A stretch of 64,000 bases of DNA from Malacoraja senta (Eukaryota), in NCBI GenBank assembly GCA_038087875.1, contig CM075987.1, forward strand, positions 27,778,001 through 27,842,000, in the 5' to 3' direction. This document shows, piece after piece, positions 14,577 through 26,206 of the stretch (position 1 is its first letter; every line of letters starts with the position of its first letter). The notes beneath the pieces were generated by a model. The model saw only the letters and a list, made by a program, of their open reading frames with translations. It ran no database searches and was not told the DNA's origin. The position numbers and the translations under genes are program-made.

Positions 14577-14606
14577 CAGCTCTTTCTAGTGGCTCTTAAA
14601 AGGGCC
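14577..14606 (-). promoter_or_regulatory. Histone-type 3' stem-loop plus HDE (U7 site) motif, copy 2
   Basis: Minus strand reads CAAA-GGCCCT-TTTA-AGAGCC-ACTAG-AAAGAGCTG, one stem mismatch from the canonical GGCTCTTTTNAGAGCC. Confidence 0.7.
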
Positions 14607-14949
14607 TTTGTTGGCTGGAGTGAGACATTCCGGTGCGGTCCCCACCGTTGTGGCTTCAAATCCGATGTTTTGTCACGAACGGCACTCGGGTTCCTGACAT
14701 CCATGGGGTTGCTCGGGAGAATCCACGCCGTATAAGAAATCTGTCAAACTCGGACTCATCATCTGCCCCAGTGACATTTCCCTGCAAGTCTACGGAGGGA
14801 AAGTTCCTCACAAACAGCTGGCGGCCACATCATTCGGTAGATGTTTCATGTTTTCCCCTTCACACCTCTGCAGGAGATCCAGGGCCACAAGAAGTCCCAC
14901 CAAGTCCCCTCAACAGCTTCTCCAGCGCCAGATGTGGAAGGTCACAGAG

Positions 14950-15545
14950 AACTTGGCGCCGGTGAGTGTGTAACCGCGAACGCCATCAATGGAGCAGAAT
15001 GACACAAGAGACTCCCCGCCCTCACACCCCTCCACACTCACCCCTCGCTCCTCAAGGGGACCCGACCCGTCGGTCAGCGACTGCGCTCGTTAACAGCCCC
15101 TGAGAGGATATTTTATTAAACTGCGGGAGGGGCGATGTCTTTGACCTTGACCCTTGGTCGTGTCCGGAACGCAGACCCAGTCCGGCCACTGAAGCCTCGC
15201 TGACCAGTGGGATGATCAGAGCGATGGACTGTGTCTTGAAGGCGCGTGTCGAGGTCTCTCTCCGGCCACTCGCTGGCGGACACTGGACTGCAGCGCCGCC
15301 TTTTATAGACACCACCATGTCCCGCCCCCCTCGCTGACCATTGGACCTAGCTCCGGCCACGGCGTTGGGCCATGGGGGGGGACAGTCCGTCCGATTGGCG
15401 GAGACCGCTGTCCGTCTGCGCGAAACCCCGTCAAGCTTCAGCGCGCGAAGGAAAGTTGGTGCGAAGCGATTGCCCGCTCGCTCCGGCCACGACCCCGCGT
15501 CACCCCCCCACTGGCGCCAAGCCGAACACTGGGGGAAATGAGCGA
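14950..15545 (-). promoter_or_regulatory. CpG-rich Pol II promoter-like region facing left
   Basis: Minus-strand TATAAAA 15301-15307, GC box 15321-15328, CCAAT 15340-15344 and 15394-15398, and E2F-like TTTCGCGC 15418-15425. CpG density is high relative to the flanks. Confidence 0.65.
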
Positions 15546-18458
15546 CACTGAGAGAAAATTTTAGCACTCATTTAATCATCCAAAACCTAATTTGGCTGTG
15601 ACATTTGTACAAATTAAATATTTAAATAACTATGATACAGAATGATATTTTTATCTTCTGTTTCTATGTTCTTTAAATGTTGCTTTCAACATTTGTTAGT
15701 GTTACAGGAAAAACAATTTACTTTGGTACCTGCTCCTGGAATACATGTACTACAATGACATGCCGGAATTGTAACCCAACAAGTGAACTACATCTCATAT
15801 AAAGACATTATACACTATCATACACAGTAGATCAGTAGATAGATCCCATACAAGTGGTACACAAGGAGATATTCTTCACATCATGTTGCAGATTCCTGCT
15901 TTGGTGGCATCTCTTCACTAATCTGCAGCAAATATGTACAGGAGACAACTCCAGAACAGGATAGAATGATGGGCCCATTGGAGCCCAGAAGGTCGGTTGT
16001 TTGTTTCAATGAGTCTACTGCCTCTCAGCAGAAAGGTTTGCATAGTTCTAATGTGTAGGAAGGAACCGAAAATAGACACAAAATGCTGGAGTAACTCTAC
16101 GGGACAGGCAGCATCTTGGTTCTTGGTTTCTTGGTCCTCCAAAATATTCCAAATGGAATTTAAACTGGAGGTGGTGGAGGGAGGACTTAAGCCAGAAAGG
16201 GTTTTTGGGAAGAAAGAGCTACCTTAAATTTAGTTGCATCTGGTTGGGTAACTATAGTAGGGTGAAGACTATTCCATGCTTTAATTGTGTGGGGGAAGAA
16301 TGAATTGCTGTACACATCTGTCTTGGTAGCTGGAATCTCTGGAGAGAAGTAATGGGTGACGTTTCAGGTTGAGACCCTTCTTCTCGACCCGCTGCCTGTC
16401 CCGTAGAGTTACTCCAGCATTGTGTGTCTATCTTCATGAATAGTTCTAATTTCTCATCTCACTCTCCCTAACTAAAACTATTAGTGGAGGAAACTTGTGA
16501 AAGCTATTCCAATCAAATGAGTCGTCCTGATGCAAGCTGCCATAATGTTCTACATATATCAATACCATGACTGTGCTAAATAAGGCAACACTGTGCAAAC
16601 ATGGCATTGCCTCACTACACATTGGGAGTTTGCAATAATAAAATGATTGGCCCAAATTATTATAATTGGCCCTCATGACGTCTTTTGGTTCAGCCTTATC
16701 TTATCTATTGCTCCGGGTGTCAGTGGTTTTGGGGAGAAGGCAGGAGAATAGGGTTGAGAGGGAAAGATAGATCAGCCATGATTAAATGGCAGAGTAGAAT
16801 GGCCTGATTCTGCTCCTATACCTTATGAACCCTATCCTTTCAAATAACCAAAGGTTTTTGCCTTCAATGCTAACTATTATCAGACAGGGCAGACACACAG
16901 CTGATGAGTTGCTGCCTCATAGCACCAGGGACCCAGGTCCAAACCAGATCTTTGGAGATGTCTGTGAGGAGCTTGCACATTCTCCCCGTGGCTGCATGGG
17001 ATTTCTTCCACATCCCAAGGACATGCGGGTTAATTGCCTAACATGCCCCCTCTCCCCGGTGTAGGTGAGTGGTAGAATGTACTGTGGGAGAGGTTGATGA
17101 TAATGTGGGGGGAATAAACAGGAACACGCATCACACTGAAAGGCCAGGATTATAACCCAACAAGTGAACTAGGTAGCATATACAGGACTTATACACTATG
17201 ATGCACAATTGATGGATCCCATACAAATGTGTAGGAAGGAATTGCAGATCCTGGTTTAGACCGAAGATAGACACAAAATGCTGGAGTAACTCAGCGGGAC
17301 AGGCAGCATCTCTGGAGAGAAGAACCGTTCCCTCTACCCAGAGATGCTGCCAGTCCCGCTGAGTTACTCCAGCATTTTGAGTTTATCTTTGATCCCATAC
17401 AAATGTTGCATGAAGAACTGATGTAACTGATCAAATGTAACTGATTGTTGATGGTTAGCGTGAAATCGCTGGGTGGAAAAGGGTCTGTTTCCATGCTAAC
17501 TCTCTCTGTCTCTCTGACATGGATACTCCCTTCAATCATGTTAACTTCTCTAAATCAGCCTTAAGCAGGGTTACCGGATAAATTGATTAGGTCAGGGGTT
17601 ATGGAGCGAAGGCATAGCAGGAGAATTGTGGTTGAGAGGGAAAGATAAATCAGCCATGATTGAATGGCAGACTGGACTTGATGGGCCGAATGGCCTGATT
17701 CTGCTTCTAGAGCACGAAAACTATTCTCCATACTCCTATCACCGCTACCAATAATGCTGCAACTGACAGTAAAGTGAAAAGTTCAGAGAACAGGAATGGA
17801 CACAGAGGTGGCTCCAGGCCATCAGTTATGGTGCCTATAGATAAACATCATCAACAGAGTGTTTGTGAATTGACAGTCCCTGGCTCTGTGACCCAGCTCC
17901 CCCACTCCAGGGCCTTGAGGATGCCTGCAACAGTGCTGCTCCTGCCCGGCTCAGCACTGACTGGGAACATTCTCATGTCTGCAGCTCAGTTACTCAATGG
18001 TTAAACAATAGGTATTTACAACAATGCATTCATGATTTAATTCTGCACAATAAATTAAAGTATTCTGACCTATACAGTGCACATTCTGAGGATCTTTGTC
18101 GCATATGGAAATAACTTATGAGAGGAAGCTTTGTTAACAGAGACCGACGTTTCTTTGCATCTTCCATTGCTGCTTTCCTATATGTTGAGGTGTGTAGGAA
18201 CGAACCGCAGATGCTGGTTTACACTGATAGACACAGGATGCTGGAGAAGAACTCTGAAGAAGGGTCTCGTCCCGAAACAACACCCATTCTTTGTCTCCAA
18301 TGATGCTGCTTGTCACGCTGAGATACTCCAGCTTTTTGTGTCCATCTTCAGTGTTGAAGTGTCGGCTCCAGTCTCCGCTTGTGATCCACTGCCGTCCATT
18401 CTACTGAGGGCCTCCCACAAACCAGCTCTTCGGCGAGGAAGCTGCATCCCTGCCTTGC

Positions 18459-18619
18459 TCAGAATCTGGCCACCTCTCTCAGGCTGCAGCCGTTCCAATG
18501 GGTCAGCTGGAGACAGTGAATTCCTGTGTTAAAGCTGCCACACAGGAGGCTAGCAGCGTCACTGGAGACCAACGATGTGAGGGTGCCGGCCCCATCCAGG
18601 CAGAGTGAGCCAACACACA
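18459..18619 (-). CDS. WDR31: WD repeat protein 31, coding exon 9 (last): VCVGSLCLDGAGTLTSLVSSDAASLLCGSFNTGIHCLQLTHWNGCSLREVARF*
   Basis: Matches the WDR31 C-terminus as recalled (SLDGSGPLTSL...SLLCASFNRGIH...LQEVAAF). TAG acceptor, phase 1, TGA stop. Confidence 0.93.
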
Positions 18620-20182
18620 CTACAGTGAAGACACAAAACACTCAGTCAATGTACCTGACTACCATCCCCTCACCCTCTTTACTAACATCAGGGTTAGATT
18701 TAGCTCTTGGGGCTAACGATATCAAAGGATATGGGGAGAAAGCAGGAACGGGGTACTGATTTTGGATGATCAGCCATGATCATATTAAATGGCGGTGCTG
18801 GCTCGAATGGCCAAATGGCCTACTCCTGAACCTATTCTCTATGTTTCTATGTTGCCCATTGGAATCAATGTAATCTTTACTGCATGCTTTTTAAAAATAT
18901 AGTTTCCTTTCTTACAAAATGAATGTTTATTTTCCAAGTGTTCGGGCCTTCCACACTCTCTGGATGATTGCTAATCATGTCTGTGCCCCTGGGAAAAGCA
19001 ACTATGGGCAGTAATAATGAGTAAAACACATTTCCAGACCACCCTTTATATCCTGTGCTTCCTCCATTGCCATGGTGAGGCCACATGCAAACTGGAGGAA
19101 CAGCGCTTCATATTCCACACTGGTGCACAGATACAAAAGGTTTAGCGGGATATGGGCCAAACAAGGGCAGGTGGGACTGGGTCTGGGTCTGGGTCAGAGT
19201 CTGGGTCGGCATGGGTAAGTTGGGCCGATGGGCCAGTTTCCAAGCTGTATGACTCATCATATCTGACCAAAATATGCTGAGAGCAGACTAGTGTAAATTA
19301 AACTCTTGCCCAGGAGTGCCGGCATAGAAAGATAATAAATCTGACAGTGGGGCACTGGTAAAGGAGGTGAAACTCTCAGTTATAGAGTTGGTGACCAGGA
19401 TCTCCTTCATTGATCCACTGTTATCAGGCTGTATCTTTGGAAACGCATATGAAGATGCATGCATGGGCAGCGTCTGAGAACATTAACATATCCAAGCTCA
19501 GTTATAAAGGCAAGCAGCTTGTATTTAAAGTGAACATCTTTTAGGATTTCAGGTATCCCAAAGTAAATTAAATGTTCCAGATAGAATGAAAAACAGAGAC
19601 AATACATCTGATGACTAGCGACTAGTCTTTTGAAATATTTTGCTATGTTTTAACAATGCCACCTTTTGGATAAGACACACCATCTGCTCTCTAGGTTGGA
19701 GAATTAAAAAAAAGTCATGCATTGATTCAAAGAAGAACAGGGTCGTGTTCTGGTCAATATTAATCAATTGATATCACTAAAATAGACCAGCCTAGAAATT
19801 CAGTCAGGCAGAGTTGCTTCAATTAATGCTTCATTTTTCCAGGGTGAGGTATGATTACATTTTGTTTTTAGGCTGAATATCAACATTTTGGAAATTCAAC
19901 CCGGCGCTTTCTTCAACAAATTATGTCAGTGCGATCAGCATTTTTAACGTTTACATTTCTACATTTTACATTCCATTCCTCTTTCATTCCTTTTCTCTCC
20001 TTATTTGACACCCTTTTGTCTCTGTGTCTCCTTTTTGCCTGCTCTTCATATCTAATCTTTGTACTCCCCATCTGCAAATCAAACCCGTCTCACCGGTGTC
20101 CTCCTGTCACTTGCCAGGTTAGATACAAAATGCAGGAGTAACTCAGCGGGACAGGCAGCATCTCTGGAGAGAAGGAATGGGT

Positions 20183-20210
20183 GACGTTTCGGGTCGAGAC
20201 CCTTCTTCAG
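20183..20210 (-). ncRNA. Minimal hammerhead ribozyme motif (Penelope terminal-repeat type), intact core
   Basis: CTGAAGA-A-GGGTC-TC-GACCC-GAAA-CG-TC: CUGANGA and GAAA core, stem II hairpin, palindromic ACGU in place of stem III, GUC triplet. Confidence 0.7.
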
Positions 20211-21258
20211 TCTTTGTGTTCATCTTCGGTTTAAACTAGCATCTGCAGTTCCCTCCTATCACTCGCCCCATCAGTTTCTGAGCTTTCTACCCCCCTATTA
20301 CAATCAGTCTGAAGAAAGGGCCCAACTGAAATGTCATCTGTCCATATCCTCCAGAGATGTAGCCTGACCCACTGAGTTACTCAAGAACTGTGTGATTCAC
20401 ATTCTATCAATATCAGAACAGGCCAAGTATGGTCTGTCATCGATCTATGATATTGGCTCAGTTCTTCTCTCTCATAGGGTCATAAATAATAGCAGAATTT
20501 AGGCCATTCGGCCCATCAAGGCTGCTCCGCCATTCAATCATGGCTGATCTATATCTCCTAACCCCATTCTCATGCCTTCTCCCCATAACCCCTGACACCC
20601 GTACTAATTAAGAATCCATCTATCTCGGCGTTAAAAATATCCATTGACTTGGCCTCCACAGCCTTCTGTGACAAAGAATTCCACAGATTCACCAGCTCTG
20701 ATTGAAGAAATTCCTCCTCATCTCCTTCCAAAAGGAACGTCGTTTAATACTGAGGCTCTAACCTCAAGTCCTAGATTCTCCCACTAGTGAAACATCCTCT
20801 CCACATCCACTCTATCCAAGCCTTTCATTATTCAGTTTCAATGAGGTCCCCCCTCATTCTCTCCAATTGCCCTGCTGGGCATTTCCCATGGCCCTGCTAT
20901 GAGTAACGCATAACACACAGACATGTAATCCCAACTAATTGTCCCCATTAACCCTGTCACAAAAATGTCCTTTGTCCTATCCATCCCTCCATCAACTTCA
21001 CCGAAACTTTCACTCTTTTCCAATTTTAGTTTAGGTTAGTTTAGAGATACAGTGCAGAAACAGGCCTTTTGGCCCGCTAAGTCCTATCAATTCCTTTATA
21101 ATTTGAGTGGTCATCTCTCAAACTTTAGTGAAGAATCCCAGATTATACAATCATTGCGTGCACTCCAGATTTTAGGTTGCTGTGCAGCCGAGGGAGAAGA
21201 GTAGACTGAAACTAGATTCAAATAACTCCAAGTGTAGAATTCAGCACAAGGACAGTAC

Positions 21259-21422
21259 CTGCAGTGTCGCGATTCCAGATCCTCACAGTACAGTCATGTG
21301 CAGAGGTTGCAACCAAAGGGAATGAAGAAGTCCCACTTGGGAGAAAGATGCAGGCCGCAGTACTCTGAAGATGTCCCTTATATTCGCACACCTTAAGTTT
21401 TGCCTGCCTTAAAATCCCACAG
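21259..21422 (-). CDS. WDR31: WDR31 coding exon 8: LWD[+1 nt]LRQAKLKVCEYKGHLQSTAACIFLPSGTSSFPLVATSAHDCTVRIWNRDTA
   Basis: Matches WDR31 LWDLRQ...CEYKGHFQ...ATSSHDCKVKIWNQD. CAG acceptor and GTACTG donor. The exon is 164 nt where 163 is needed. Confidence 0.9.
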
Positions 21423-21799
21423 CTGTAAGAGAGAGGGAAGCTGAGTGATTGGTGATCATATAGCAATCAACTGACTCGATGTTGTCAATAATACTAGTGA
21501 GTCTTGCACTGTAGTGACTTGTTGGATATCATCTAGCAGCTTAAAAAATCTTTTTAAAATCCAAAACACTTCTTGCACTATCAGGTAATTGATAACTTTT
21601 GTTACAATCTGCTTTTGTAGGTAAAATTAAGAGTTTCTGGCAGGGAGGGTGGGGACAGAAATGAGAGTGAGAAATGTCCCCCCCTCCCCCCTCTCCCCCT
21701 CCCCCCCTCCCTTATATCCCCCCATGCTGGGGTGTTTAGAACAGAGACACAGTCCTGCTATAAGGGATTGACCATTAAGGACTGAGATGAGGGGAATGT

Positions 21800-21827
21800 C
21801 TGAAGAAGGGTCTCGACTCGAAACGTC
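21800..21827 (+). ncRNA. Minimal hammerhead ribozyme motif, intact core
   Basis: CTGAAGAAGGGTCTCGACTCGAAACGTC; stem II has one G-U pair. Confidence 0.65.
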
Positions 21828-22560
21828 ACCTATTCCTTCTCTTCAGAGATGCTGCCCGTGAGTTACTCCAGCTTTTTGTGTCTGTCTTCGAGATGAGGAG
21901 AACGGTCTTCAGCTGCTGGGAAGGAAATCCTGGTAAATCTTTTCCCAGGAGTGCTATGCCAGCTCGGTCACCGAATATATATATATATGTATGACAGATA
22001 TTGAGGATCTTTGAGATATTAAGGAATCAAAGTTTATTGCAAAGTAGTGCTGAGAAAAAGATTGGACGTGATCTTATGGAATTGCTGAATAAGGATGAGA
22101 GGTCAATGGCCTACTCTTACTTTGATTTACTTTACTCTTATATTATAAATTATTATTTCAGAATTTGAGAATGAAATCAAACTGGGGTGGAGATAGGGGT
22201 GATTATGAAAGCACCAAAATACAGCACTAATCAACTTGTTATTGGCAAATGTAATGGATTACAGTACAGATAATTATGAGGGGGTGCATTTTAGGTGGAA
22301 TAAAGAGAGGTGATTGGATTACATTTACACGTGTGGCAGAGGTGCAGAGAGAGCTGAGATTAAATCACTAAAGTAGTGATATGTAGAAATGAGGAACTGC
22401 AGATTCCGGTTTACAAAAAAGACAAAGTGCTGGCGTAACTCAGTGGGTCAGGCAGCATCTCTGGAGATCATGAATAGGCAGTGTTCGGGTTTTCAGTGAT
22501 TGCGGGGGGGGGGGGGGGGGGGAAAAGCTGGAAGTGAGGTGGGGGAGACAAAGTCTAAAT

Positions 22561-22845
22561 GGGCGGCAAGGTGGTGCAGCGGTAGAGTTGCTGCCTTACA
22601 GCGCCAGAGACCCAGGTTCGATTCTGACTATGGGTGCTGCCTGTAAGGAGATTGTACGTTCTCCCGTAAACGCGTGGGTTTTCTCCGAGATCTTCGGTTG
22701 CCTCCCACACATACAGGTTTGTAGGTTAATTGGCTTGGTGTTTGTGTTAATTGTCCCTAGTGTGTGAAGGCTAGTGTTAATGTGCAGTGATCTCTGGTCA
22801 GTGTACTCGGTGGGCCTGTTTCCGTGCTTTATCTCTAAAACTAAA
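22561..22845 (+). mobile_element. tRNA-derived V-SINE (HE1-like)
   Basis: A box GGTGCAGCGG, B box GGTTCGATT, V-domain-like GTACGTTCTCCC...GTGGGTTTTCTCCG, and a CTAAA tail. Confidence 0.85.
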
Positions 22846-22860
22846 AAAAATTATCAACTA

Positions 22861-23127
<267 letters not shown>

Positions 23128-23769
23128 TTATTTTCAGTTCCCTTATTTTTTAGTCAAATTCCCTATTCTGGATCTCAACATCAAACTGTGCTCTCAGCGA
23201 CAGAATGAGCAGGAAACTCTGTTTCCTAAATACTTCTAGTTTGTGGCATTATTTGCATATTTTTTCAAAAATGGTTGGGGCATTGCATAATAAATTTTTG
23301 AAATATCAAGCAAATTTATTTGACAAACGACAATCAGGCATTTCACTGTGATGAAATCAAAAATACAAAGTTATTTGTATATCCGAAACAGGAACTTTAC
23401 GCCAAAATAGCTGTAATGCAGAACCAGCAGCAGTCGAGGGCTAAACTAATGTGACTACTAAAATTATAAGAATATAGCACATAAACTAAACCTGAGGCTG
23501 ATTCTTGCTGACAAATGCCAGCAGCTCCACAGCAAACTGACGACATTTTAATCTGTAAACGCTGATAAATTCAGGACATTGGCATATGTGTATTCAAAGA
23601 CAGAAGGTGCAAACCTACTGAAAGATATCAGCCGGTGAACCAGTCTGTTCTCTTTGCAGTGGACCATAGACATGTTGTGCTGGGTGAGCTGCTGTGATCA
23701 ACTGAAACAGGATTTATGTTACTGCTATCATGCCCAAACTGCTTAGTGGAGAGATGTTGACTGATTGCA

Positions 23770-24290
23770 AAGATAGACACACAAAGCTGGAGTAACTCAG
23801 CGGGTCAGACAGCATTTCTGGAGAAAAGGAATAGGTGACGTTTCGGGTCGAGACCCTTCTTCTGACTGAGAATCAGGGGAAAGGGAAACGAGAGATATAG
23901 ACGGTGATGTAGAGAGATATAGAACAAATGAATGAATGATATGCAAATAAGTAACGATGATAAAGGAAACAGGCCAATGTTAGCTGTGGTCTAGGTGAGA
24001 ACAGGTTAGACAATGAGACTCAACAAGACAACTTTGAAGCCAGTATGACTTGGGTGGGGGAGGGATACAAGGGTTACTTGAAGTTAGAGAAATCAACATC
24101 ATACCGCTGGGGTGTAAGCTGCCCAAGCAAAATATGAGGTGCTGTTCCTCCAATTTGCACTGGGCCTCACTCTGACAATGGAGGAGGCCTAGGTCAGAAA
24201 AGTCTGTGTGGGAATGGGAAGGGGAATTAAAGTGTTTGGCAACCAGGAGATCACGTAGGTCCAGGCGGAGTGAGCGAAGGTGTTCAGCGA
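23770..24290 (-). mobile_element. Penelope-like element 3' fragment
   Basis: FAEHLRS...VAKHFNSPSHSHTDFSDLGLLHCQSEAQCKLEEQHLIFCLGSLHPSGM followed by the terminal repeat. Confidence 0.82.
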
Positions 24291-24519
24291 AACTGGAGTG
24301 TGGGAGGGAACTGAAGATTTCAGAGAAATCCCACGTGGTCACGGGGAGAATGTACAAACTCCGTACAGACAGCACCCGTAATTAGGATTGAACCCGGGTC
24401 CCTGTCACTGAAAGCGCTGTAAGGCAGCAACACTACTGCTGCAACATCGTGCCCACTTGATTAATGATTCTTACTGAATATTGGTTCATACTGGTTGAAT
24501 TGGACCATGGTTTACCTAC

Positions 24520-24587
24520 CTGATCATCTTATCCTCTGAAGTCTGAATGACCAGTGATTCTGTGGGGATCCAGCAGATATGTGTCAC
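24520..24587 (-). CDS. WDR31: WDR31 coding exon 6: VTHICWIPTESLVIQTSEDKMIR
   Basis: Hand translation matches VTHLCWVP...QTSEDKTLR. TAG/GTAGGT boundaries, 68 nt, phase 0 to 2. Confidence 0.94.
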
Positions 24588-25669
24588 CTATAAAAGCCAC
24601 ATCAATTAATCAATGCTGCCACATAATCAAACAGCAATAGGTCAACTTGTGACTGTGGCAGTCGTACGCTTGGTGACTGGTTGGCATCAAAGATTATGGG
24701 GAGAAGGCAGGAGAATGGGGCTGAGACGGAAAGATGGATCAGCCATGATTGAATGGCGGAGTAGACTTGATGGGCCGAATGGTCTAATTGCCTAATTCTT
24801 CTCCGATCACTTATGAATCTTCTTGCATTGCTCTTTTTGGGCCATTGAGGGAGAATTTAGACCATGTTGTCTGGAGATGTTCATCATTGGTAAGTCTAGG
24901 TCTTACCTTTGTCAAGCTGTTCTGGGATCTTTACAAGGTGACAGTTATACTTGTCCTCATGGTTCCTCTCCCATAACTAAAATCATTGCTGATCCCAACC
25001 CCTGGATCCATCTTCATATCAGCTGGTGACTTTCTTTGTGCATTGCTCCTAAGCTAAACAGAAGCTTGTGGTGGGAAGGCACATGACTGAATCACTTGTC
25101 GCTAGCTCCCTGCAACTTCTACCTAGCTCACCCTTACTGGTGCACTGCAATTTCAAGCCCTTTGCATGTTAATAAACAGTTATGTAGAGCAAAGAAAAAT
25201 AATAATTGTCATAACAAAGTTGGAAACATAAAAAGAAAATGTTGCACTTTTCATAACCTCAAGATTTCTGTTGTTCAGCAGGGAGTTCCAACATTTTGAC
25301 CCCATCAATGATTAAGGATCAACATTACTTTTCCAAATCAGGATGTCGCACGAATTTGAGGGGAAGCTGCAGGTAGTCAATAGAGGTTGCAGGTTCGACA
25401 GGTGTGGTGGTAGTACCTGGGCAAATAACTGCAGTGCATCTTAGAGATGGTGCCACTGTGCACAAATGGTGGAGAGGGTGAATACGGGTGCCTCCTGTTG
25501 ATGGGATTCCAGTCAAATGGGCTGCTTTGTCCTGAATGTTGCAGTGCCTTTTGCAAGTGAAGACTATTAATTCCATATGCTTCTGACTTGTGCACTGTAG
25601 ATGGAGGAAAGGCCTAGCAGTGGCAGAAATTTAGGGAGAACATAGCTGCTCTCAGGTGCCATGTGACAG

Positions 25670-25945
25670 AGTCATAGAGTGATACAGCATGAAAACAGGC
25701 CCTTCAGCCCAACATGCCCACACCGACCAACATGCTCATTTACACTAGTCCCACCTGCCTGCATTTGACCCATATCCCTCCAAACCTGTCCTATCCATGT
25801 ATCTGTGTAATTGTTTCTTAAACACTGCAATTGTCCCCGTCTCAACTACCTCCTCTGGCAGTTCGTTCCATACACCCACCACCCTTTGTGTGAAAAAGTT
25901 ACCCCTCAGATTCCTATTAAATCTTTCCCCCTTCACCTTAAACCA
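25670..25945 (-). mobile_element. CR1 3' fragment
   Basis: FKVKGERFNRNLRGNFFTQRVVGVWNELP. Confidence 0.85.
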
Positions 25946-26105
25946 TGTCATCTGGTTCTTGATTAAACCCATGTCCTCTAATCTGTACACCTTCCACATT
26001 TATTAGACAGGTCATCTGAAACATGAGACAGCTTGTAGGCTCTCAATATTGCAATCATAAACATTGGGGGAAAAAACCCCATCAATAGTTGTTCATCAGT
26101 CGTAC

Positions 26106-26206
26106 CAGATTCCTGGAAATGGAAGATTTTTGTAGACAGATTCCAGTTTGTACATCCCAGATACGCAAGGAGTTATCCCGGGAGCCCGTACACAATTGGA
26201 AGCCAC
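26106..26206 (-). CDS. WDR31: WDR31 coding exon 5: [34 protein letters not shown]
   Basis: Matches [16 protein letters not shown]...SRN. CAG/GTACGA boundaries, 101 nt, phase 1 to 0. Confidence 0.94.

Larger units (their letters stand above)
11679..14762. repeat. Local segmental duplication A-x-B-A'-B' (A about 11679-12625, B 13146-13537, A' about 13538-14436, B' about 14440-14762)
   Basis: A and A' align over about 900 bp and B and B' over about 300 bp. B carries an extra ~80 bp LINE-tail insertion. Confidence 0.95.

Noticed and set aside
14600..15300. Histone coding gene
   Set aside because: No frame shows recognisable H1, H2A, H2B, H3 or H4 sequence despite the flanking signals.
14930..15560. 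Retroviral LTR (CCAAT, TATA, then AATAAA at 15112-15117 on the minus strand)
   Set aside because: No clear TG...CA termini, TSD, convincing primer-binding site, partner LTR or gag/pol sequence; it remains an unexcluded alternative.
22561..22635. tRNA gene (A and B boxes)
   Set aside because: It continues into a V-domain and LINE-like tail in many copies, so it is a SINE head rather than a tRNA.
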